Part shown: positions 18,401 through 25,000 of the stretch, in pieces
How the letters are laid out: every line of letters starts with the position of its first letter
Numbering within the stretch: the stretch's first letter is position 1
From: a virus
Direction: 5' to 3' (one strand)
Virus record (IMG/VR): IMGVR_UViG_3300002307_000022
Location: 108,585-144,976 of that record
Length of the DNA: 36,392 nucleotides
Notes under the pieces: model-generated
Told to the model about the DNA's origin: nothing
The model's input: the letters and a program-made list of their open reading frames with translations, nothing else
Database searches by the model: none
Made by a program: the position numbers and the translations under genes

Positions 18401-20935
18401 ATGACAATGGTTCCGTTAATGAGCAATGTTACTGCACCGAACGTATTCCAAGCACAACCACTACCAATCGTAGCAACAAGCGGTAGCAGTGCTTATAGCT
18501 TTACAACTGGTGTAATGACTGTAGCTTATGCTACTTCAATTGGTTCTAACTTAATAACTTGCTTATCAACAGCAGGATTAACTGTTGGTATGCCAGTATC
18601 GTTTAGTGCTACCCTCGGTAACATTACAAGTGCAACTACTTACTACGTATTAACTGTTAATAGTGCAACTACATTTACTGTCGCAACTACATGGGGCGGC
18701 CAGGTATTAGTATTAACTAATGCTTATAACTACTCATATGTAAACGCATCAACTGCTAACTTAACAGCAGGACAGCCGATGGTGTTTACAGGATCAGTAT
18801 TTGGTGGTATCATAGCATATAACACCTATTACGTAGCAACTGTACTAAGCACAACTACATTTACTCTTGCTAACAGCTTGGCTGCTGCGATTGGTATCGG
18901 TGGTTCTCCAACTCTAGCACAGAATACTGCTGCAACAGGTTATATGTTAGCTTATGCAGCAACTGGTAGTACTACAACAACTGGTGCCGTTATTGGTGGT
19001 CAGAACTTAGGTGCAATGGGTACAGGTAACTATGGACTAGTTATAGGTCAACAGTATATGATCACTTCAGTAGGTTCTACAACTTGGACTACTTATGGTG
19101 CAGCTACAAGCACTGTAGGTACTATCTTTACTGCAACTGCACAGGGTGCAGCATACGGTGGTAGTGGTACATACAATATCGGTAGCACATCAGGCGCAGC
19201 AACTGGTACTGCTATCGAACTAGTAGGACTAATGGGTAATATGAATGCAAGCATTGGAGCAAATGCTCCAGCTATGTTTGCAGGTCCAACTATTACTGTA
19301 ACCGGAATCAACGGTACACAGCTTTATACACCAGGTAACACAAACTATCTAAGTGTTGGACAGGCTGTAGTGTTCACTGGTTATACTTTTATAAGTGGCA
19401 TCACAGCTGGATTAACTTACTACATACAGAGCGTTGTAAGCAGCAATGTGTTTACACTAAGCGCAACTAGTAACGGCGCTGCGTTAACATTTACTACTGG
19501 CAGCAACATACTAAGTATGCAGATCTTAAACAGCATCGGTACTAGCTTAATACCATATCAGACTTACTATACACAGAGTGTTCCAAACCCAATAGCTTGG
19601 AGCATAAGCAGCACTAACGTACAGGCTCCGGCTATTACCGTAAGCGCCACAGCATCTGGTACAGCTATAACTACTGGTGCATACACAGTAACAGCAGTTT
19701 CAGCAACTGGTAACTTGATTACTACTACAAGCACAGCTGGTCTAATAGTTGGCCAACCTATAGTATTCCCAACTAGTGTACTAGGTAACATTGTAGCAAC
19801 AACTATCTATTATGTGCAGACTGTTTACAGTGCTACACAGTTTAGCATAGCTACTTCTGCAACTGCCCAGGCATTTAATCCAGGAACTGCAACAGGTAGC
19901 GTAACTATGCAGATAGCGACTGCTAACTTAGCAGTAGGACAGCAGGTTAACTTCTCAGGCAACGTAGGTGCAAGCGGTATAGTAGTAGGAACTAACTATT
20001 ACATACAGAGCCTAAATGCTAACGGTTATCAGTTTACTGTAGCAAGCTCAGTAGGTGGTAGTGCGCTATCATGGACTGCTGCTACACTAACTAACGGACT
20101 AACTGCTAGCTTTGTAATTAATGCAACAGCACTTACAACGTCACAGACTGCAACTGTAAGTTATCAGAGCAACATATTAACACTTGCAACTGGTAGCAGC
20201 ACACAGTATTTGCTACCTAACCAACCAGTAGTGTTTACAAATACTAGTGGTGCTAACTGGAGCGGATTAAACACTCTACTCACAGTCGCAAGTGCTACTG
20301 TTCCGGCAGTAAGCTCAGCATATGTAGTTACTACAGTTACAACTAGTACCAACGTTATAACAATTAACTATGTAACTAGTAATACTGGAACTAAAACTGC
20401 TACTACGCTAATAACTGGTGCTTTCCCTGCGCTAACACTTAATCAACCGGTTGTGTTTATAGGAACAAACGTTGATAACTTAGTTGTTAACCAGACTTAC
20501 TATATACAGAGCATAACAGCTGCTACTGGTATTACAGTATCAACAACACCGGGTGGTGCAGCAGTATCTATAGGTAGTACTACTAGCCCAACTGCTGGTA
20601 CAATGCTAATGATTCCAGCATACTATGTGAAAGCAGTTACCGGTAGTAACACACTACAAGTATCAGCTACTCCAGGCGGCGCAGCAGTGTATATTCCAAC
20701 GTTCTATGCACAGGGTAATAACGTAGTACAGATGACTCCGATGCCACTAAACACAGACTTCATCTACGGTGACGTAGCTGTAGCTGCTCAGAGCCAAGTA
20801 ACTGCTAACGGTATATTAGTACCGCCAAACACTTACTTGTATGCTTCCGCAGGATTGACTGTATTTGGTTCCGGTACAGGTGGTTCAGCAACTGGTATGA
20901 ACGCAATAGCAATTGGTGTTCAGGATCTAGTATAA
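12425..20935 (+). CDS. Giant repeat protein (~2836 aa), putative adhesin or fibre appendage: a small cap domain split by a ~2,700-aa repeat insert
   Basis: SD AGGAGA (12413-12418) favours ATG 12425 over TTG 12422. About 26 copies of ST..L.VGQPVVF...G....[YF]Y[VI]..I.S.T.FTVS.T.GG; the two termini resemble the 103/109-aa paralogs. Confidence 0.8.
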   Translation: MTTAAKYGAQDLNGNPVNYQQLVNPANTGPSNVIVNTTFVNRTGTANKARLALSSTALVPQTVSSTQGLYPITANQTNNAASVETQQILTIGSTSSVTNAFTTAPITVTATTVGTNQIVCSSTVTLSVGQPVVFTSPIGGLQANINYYVLNIVSNTNFTVSNVWNGAIISLNGQTTNVLMYQSTANLAVGMPIQFHGTPFGNVVYNYNYYINTITSNNSFTVSIVAGSGTAVTLTTNALGTFAPFTAVPLTGTSFNPTINNPAALNVSNVVSATYNGIQGLSIGYANSSGNILSTAAININAIVAQNVASTPYNPVFIVCSSTLTLTTGMPIVFSATSGSITGGVVYYVSQIFSSIAFNISATPGGPVLPLSSTTPTGLTAQQATTFLQVGQPIVFNGSGTYGAGVANQAGVGGQVFGNLNVNTPYYVLTIPSATTFTVATTPGGSAVTLFTDGMNGTIITAGNFKIGQQYVIVSSGSTTFPGAGNNNQGTVFTATGPGSGTGTAMVCSSYVSGSGLVAGVTYAIGWLNTITAANIDTAAATAKSGSNVVVQGVSYSAIGTFSYANPTGSAAANTQAVSYFVSATTTSNAGVFIPINPMITTNAAHVSNPLTIASSSAVTNAFTVAAIAVSATTASTGYITCASTATLAIGQPVVFDTSFSTIVAGTVYYVLTVQSSTTFQISATQITSTIPSNSLYPLTTTTGQTVNMYQATTNLQVNVPMIFTGTAIGGVTAGQVYYVQNLLTTTVGGAVIPNSFQISTIYGGPALTLTTASGSMVATITPIVPTINVNASTASGSLTVGGTLGTYTNYLTTQYATCSATAGAAPYEITVNTTSWMSVGQPVVFSSVNTGTNVFASASIGSTNITAGTTYYVATIDSLTAFQVSATYGGAPVALGSTSQTMYVYQSTANLNVGQPVVFTGGTITDSALALNTTYYVNSVLGPAYFTVASTIYGSNLALTGGGTNINSVQIGPRPLMTISATVTSSGVTMMTFPVSATQQYTNLITINTTYPLSVGMPVVFSAATGLMAANQLFYVASIVNGTQFTVSSTKGGPVYVQNTTTGISANLYQSTTNLYLNQPLVFFPTAASATISNASSIPTGLTNMVYGYTVYINTFNSLISFTISLTPNSSLPGATATTSISLSSAGTTNAFAFLPMTNNVASNFAYQSAPVAVTATSATAPYLITCASTAGFALGQPVQFDIAIGGLAVNTTYYVLTTPSSTTFNVSTTPFGGVVVLTSATGSTGNVYQSTAGLTVGSAIQFTTASSYLGLPTDTYKTVIGAAYNSLSAGLTFYIQSIPSFNTVILTLINASPASFGAATGYSSGASIGGYGGIGMLPLGVGAFTGATLYNGVSGLTVTGAATPGAQSGAMYLNTISPTPPLVIGSTTATSNYFTTQTVNVTAVTSVGNLITCATTQYFYPGMSVVFSSGLGTGIVSGTVYYILTIPSATTFTVSSTFNGTVQTQSTTTGNITVQQTALFLQVNQPVVFYGKIAANPIVGVSLVSVSSGGVLTLGTAVTLAAGSTITTSSSLTVGATGLIAGQTYYVTTSVTASTTVTLSLTLGGSAISITGGSPTGTLTVSIIGLVNALPGVTYYVNEVINTTSFTVSQYINGSIFALLSATATQFNAVTGPYRQYNISATLAATTPSFTLAAFGLIGTQSTNGTNLAIVNNTFAMYPGMPISIGGTSGVLVANTLYYVVSIYDQHRVVVSIAPPSQYASPNSVGYIPTTNSIIYQTPNGTALPVTTQIGTQPLYQSAAKLQLNQPVMFYGNLGGMTVASNALVIGRTYTVVSVGDATFTSYGAAANTVGTVFIATTTGGGTTGVAYSSFLSTSAVLLPNTVYYVSSVSGAGIGSNQVAVSATPTYAGTNITSYITSVSIASPGVFSTSNLPFTLVAGQAITITGTAAATLATGSTTPNRTYYVTNISGSTFSLETFPGNGGIQNTTSTSVSGWTFVLNGINPNIAVNLSSAGPAALGLAAQVASTAQAMTMVPLMSNVTAPNVFQAQPLPIVATSGSSAYSFTTGVMTVAYATSIGSNLITCLSTAGLTVGMPVSFSATLGNITSATTYYVLTVNSATTFTVATTWGGQVLVLTNAYNYSYVNASTANLTAGQPMVFTGSVFGGIIAYNTYYVATVLSTTTFTLANSLAAAIGIGGSPTLAQNTAATGYMLAYAATGSTTTTGAVIGGQNLGAMGTGNYGLVIGQQYMITSVGSTTWTTYGAATSTVGTIFTATAQGAAYGGSGTYNIGSTSGAATGTAIELVGLMGNMNASIGANAPAMFAGPTITVTGINGTQLYTPGNTNYLSVGQAVVFTGYTFISGITAGLTYYIQSVVSSNVFTLSATSNGAALTFTTGSNILSMQILNSIGTSLIPYQTYYTQSVPNPIAWSISSTNVQAPAITVSATASGTAITTGAYTVTAVSATGNLITTTSTAGLIVGQPIVFPTSVLGNIVATTIYYVQTVYSATQFSIATSATAQAFNPGTATGSVTMQIATANLAVGQQVNFSGNVGASGIVVGTNYYIQSLNANGYQFTVASSVGGSALSWTAATLTNGLTASFVINATALTTSQTATVSYQSNILTLATGSSTQYLLPNQPVVFTNTSGANWSGLNTLLTVASATVPAVSSAYVVTTVTTSTNVITINYVTSNTGTKTATTLITGAFPALTLNQPVVFIGTNVDNLVVNQTYYIQSITAATGITVSTTPGGAAVSIGSTTSPTAGTMLMIPAYYVKAVTGSNTLQVSATPGGAAVYIPTFYAQGNNVVQMTPMPLNTDFIYGDVAVAAQSQVTANGILVPPNTYLYASAGLTVFGSGTGGSATGMNAIAIGVQDLV

Positions 20936-20952
20936 GATCATAATTTCAAAAT

Positions 20953-20982
20953 ACTTGGCGGTAATTAATTTTACCGCCAAGT
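20953..20982. terminator. Perfect 12-bp hairpin after the giant gene (terminator or stability element)
   Basis: ACTTGGCGGTAA-ttaatt-TTACCGCCAAGT. There is no good U-tail on +, and a short ATTTT follows on -, so orientation is uncertain. Confidence 0.6.
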
Positions 20983-21004
20983 TAAAAACAATTACCCTAA
21001 TATG

Positions 21005-21012
21005 ACTAAATA
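21005..21012 (+). promoter_or_regulatory. Variant late promoter box ACTAAATA
   Basis: Intergenic, upstream of SD GGTGA and the ATG at 21036; one mismatch to the ATAAATA core. Confidence 0.45.
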
Positions 21013-21035
21013 TGTAATATTGGTGATTGAAAATT

Positions 21036-22019
21036 ATGACAGATAACTTAACAAGATATATAACTCCTGGGTCAAATAACACTGTAAAATTCAAACAGGG
21101 CGTTTTAGCTTCTTATGAAGGAACTACACTCACAGTACAAACTAATACTGTTGTTGATAGTTTCCTATTAGGAAATTATTCTTCAGTTGATTATACTATA
21201 ACGGTTAATTTTGATTCAAATAAAAAAGAAACGATGCAAGTGCAAGTAATAGCCCGTTCTCAACAGGCTAGTGTTTTAATAAACAGCAGAGTCAGCATCG
21301 ATCAAGAGTTAATTACCCTTTCTGGAACAGTTAATAATAATACATTTACGTTATTAGCTTCAGTAACTGATCCTAGTTATAAGGGTGCAAAGCTTACATT
21401 CTTTGCTAATTATCTAGCAATAACATCACCGTTAACTACAACAGCCACTAGGGGAAGTATAACTGATTATCCTTTACCTATAGCAAGCACAAGCAATGTG
21501 ATATTCCAGCCTGTTGTTTCTAATACAGGATTTAAAAGTCCAGGATTTTATGTAGATTCAGCAGGTGTCTTAACATTAACTAATACTGCTAATCTAACCG
21601 GTAATGTAAATATACATCCTGCTGTAACAACAGGTACTATTGATAATGTAAATATTGGCGCTACTAGTCCAGGAACCGGTAATTTTACTTCAGTAACTGT
21701 GACTCAAACTTTTGGTATTAGTCCTTCAAATACAGGTAGTATTGATAATATAGTTATAGGTAATACTGTTCCTAAATCAGGAAAATTTACAAGTATAACA
21801 GCAACAGCAGGCGCAAGCATAACCGGTGATACTACTATGACTGGAAATACAACAGTAACTGGAAATACGACAGTAACTGGAAATACGACAGTAACTGGAA
21901 ACTCAGTAGTGACTGGAAATACGACAGTAACTGGAAACTCAGTAGTGACTGGAAATTTAAGTGTAGGTGGTACAGATATTAAACTATTAGCCATTGCGTT
22001 TGCTACGGTGCTAGGTTAA
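21036..22019 (+). CDS. Short fibre-like protein (~327 aa) with hexapeptide repeats and a hydrophobic C-terminal tail
   Basis: ATG 21036 preferred (SD GGTGA at 21022-21026). Two G.IDN..IG.T.P..G.FTS units, TGNTTV repeats and a C-terminal KLLAIAFATVLG. Confidence 0.75.
   Translation: MTDNLTRYITPGSNNTVKFKQGVLASYEGTTLTVQTNTVVDSFLLGNYSSVDYTITVNFDSNKKETMQVQVIARSQQASVLINSRVSIDQELITLSGTVNNNTFTLLASVTDPSYKGAKLTFFANYLAITSPLTTTATRGSITDYPLPIASTSNVIFQPVVSNTGFKSPGFYVDSAGVLTLTNTANLTGNVNIHPAVTTGTIDNVNIGATSPGTGNFTSVTVTQTFGISPSNTGSIDNIVIGNTVPKSGKFTSITATAGASITGDTTMTGNTTVTGNTTVTGNTTVTGNSVVTGNTTVTGNSVVTGNLSVGGTDIKLLAIAFATVLG
21840..21956 (+). repeat. 18-bp coding tandem repeat (6.5 copies, TGNTTV/TGNSVV)
   Basis: Units ACTGGAAATAC[A/G]ACAGTA and ACTGGAAACTCAGTAGTG; 21876-21911 is identical to 21912-21947. 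Confidence 0.95.
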
Positions 22020-22021
22020 CA

Positions 22022-22029
22022 AATAAATA
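22022..22029 (+). promoter_or_regulatory. T4-late-like promoter box AATAAATA
   Basis: Intergenic, upstream of SD GGAGA and the ATG at 22049. Confidence 0.65.
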
Positions 22030-22048
22030 GAAAGTTATGGAGATTTAA

Positions 22049-25000
22049 ATGGCTAAGAAGCAGATATTAACTTATAAATTCGTTCCAGGAAATAGTACAC
22101 CAACGACAAGTTTATATCCAAACGCAAGATTTTTAATAAATGCAAATAAAAAATTTATACAAGAAGAAGCTATTGCATATGTTCAAAATAATGTAGCGAA
22201 TAATATTCAACCATATACTAGTTATGTGTATGATGCTAATCTATTACGAACAGAGATAAGCAATACACTAGACGGGTTTACTAATGATCTAAGACACGGT
22301 GCTAATACTCTAACAGTTTTCAATGCAAATCAATATTGGAAATATGGTGTAGAACTAGTAGTCGCAAGTCCGTTAGCAGCAACCTACTCCTACATCTCAA
22401 ATATGATAAGAAATTACATTCTTACTAATACTGATTTCAATAATCTACAAACTACGGTATCTCAAGTAATCAATAACGCATATGTTTCTGAAACTGCTTC
22501 TTACAGTGCATTTAGTGCCCTGTCGTTGATTATTACTAATTCAATATTGTCGGGAACATCAACTATTCCTGCCATTATAAACGATAGAGGGTATATTAAA
22601 TTATCAGGAAATTATCATCAAAACGATATGTTAATAATAACAAATACTACTCGAAACACCATACTCTATAACTTTGCAGACCCGTCTAGTCCTACAGAAA
22701 TTACATATACAGATACTTACGATAGTGATTTTCCAGGGGCATTATACGGAAATGACAAAGTATCAACAGTTTGGTTAGATTATGATACTAGTAATATGTT
22801 GTTATCAGATGATATACAGGTATTTGTTGAAGTTGAAAATCTACCTGTAAGATTAAATCCTATAGCAACTGACGCTATGGAACGTATGAAAGTTGGTATA
22901 CCGCAGTCAATGCTTGACGCTGACTTTGAATACGGATTGCAGCCAACTAAATGGCAAACTATCGGATTAATGAGGAATTATCCTTCAATATACGAGATTC
23001 CAAACAGTGATCAAACAGTTATTAATGTTACTACAGATGCTTCGTCGGGAAATACAGGAAACGCAGGTGCTAGTTTAATAACTGTTACGACACAGAATTC
23101 CCACGGATTTTCGGTTAACCAACCATTTACTATTAAAGCATTAGCAGTATCAGTTAGCGGATTTAATCGTGCAGAAGGAAGTTTCTTAGTTAATTCTATC
23201 CCATCTGCTAACACATTTACCTACTATGCAAAATCAAAAGTAGGTACTAACAGCGGAGATATTATAAGCACAAACTACACACAGTTAAGAACTGGTGCTT
23301 TTTACACAGGAGCAGCAGTTGGAACTCCACAGTTTTCGGTTTACTCAAACGGTAGTAGCGGAACGATTACTACTAGTTTAATAACTCCAACAGGATCAAA
23401 TACTATAGCATTTACAGGAACTCCTCCGTTAGTTGGAGCACCTCTATCGGGTACAGGTATTGCCACTGGAACACAGATAACTTCTGTTTCGGGTTCTGGT
23501 AGCACAGTAGCAACAACTAGTCTATCTGTTACTGCTAATATCGGAGATAGTTCTATTACTGTAAATAGTGCTACTGGAATAGGAACAGGGTTAGCTATAA
23601 ACAGAGGTGACGGCCGCGCAGCTATAGTAACAAACGTAGTTGGAAATACACTTACTCTTAGCACAGCACTAACAAGCACTATCCTCGGTAGTAGCCAGTC
23701 TTTCCCTTCTCAAACACCTACTATTATAAGTGGGTCAGGTGTTGGTGCAGTTTTTGATATAGCAAGAGTATCAGATACTGTATATAGTGCATCTATTGTT
23801 TCTGCAGGAACAGGTTACAAAACTAACGATGTATTAAAGGTACTTGGTACTAATTTAGGAGGATCAAGTCCTGCTAATGATGCCACTATTACTGTATTAA
23901 CTGCTAGCAACAGAAATTCAGTTGCTTCGTTAGACCTTAACACAATTAACCCTGGTCAAGGATACTATTATAATACATATAATACAGTAGCATACACTGG
24001 AAGTGGTTCAGGATTAACTGTTCAGGTAACAGATCTTATAGTTACATTTAACGACGGAAACGGAAATGTTCAATACGGAATTAAAAATCTTAGTATTGTT
24101 AATCCTGGTTCAGGATATGCAATTGGTGATTATATCCAAATTGGTATCGATACCGATTTTCATGGTGGTCAGGTTACTATCGCAACGGTATCGGCGGGCG
24201 GATTGATACAATCTGTATCTGTAGCTGGAACTCCTATTTCGATTGGTCTCGTATCATTTATTAGTGCATTTACTATTAACACTCCGACTACTAGCCAAAT
24301 TGCTAGCGGTAATACAGGTATAACATATAGTGCTATACCTACTATACAGATTTCTTTCCAACCAGCTCACGGGTTTATTCCGGGAGACACTATTACAGTA
24401 CAAATTACAAGTAGTGATACTAATGCACAGCTTGCAGCTGGTGCATTCTTTGTTGAACAAGTACCGAGTCCCACCACTATCTTGTATACTGCTAGAGCAG
24501 CAGGAACGATAGCCAATACGCTTACCGGGTTTGTCTACGGAAGACCAGATAGCTATTTTATACATAGACCGTTTGATGGTGGTGTACAATTAGGAACCGG
24601 CGGACCAGCACACGGTGCTACTGCTATACGTATGAGTAAAAAATATATACGTTATCAATCAGGTAAGGGCGTTATGTATAACACAGGTGCATTATTTGCA
24701 CCAAGCTATAACATAGCTAGTATCACATCTACCGGAACAGCAATAGGCAGTATTATAACAGTAACAATGGACGACGTAGATCACGGTTGCCAAGTTGGTG
24801 GATCAATCGATCTTAGCGGAGTGAATACAAGCGGGTATAACGGAAATTATATAGTTTTTAGTATTATTACTGAACGTGTATTAACTATTATTGCAAAACA
24901 AGTATTGGGAAACACATCAGCATTGATCGGAAATCCTTGTGTATTAAGTGTTAGAAATTGGCATGGAGCAACAGTAAGGGCTGGGATATTCGATGACCAA

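Noticed and set aside
21840-21956. CRISPR-like array
   Set aside because: The units are contiguous with no unique spacers and are in frame within a protein.
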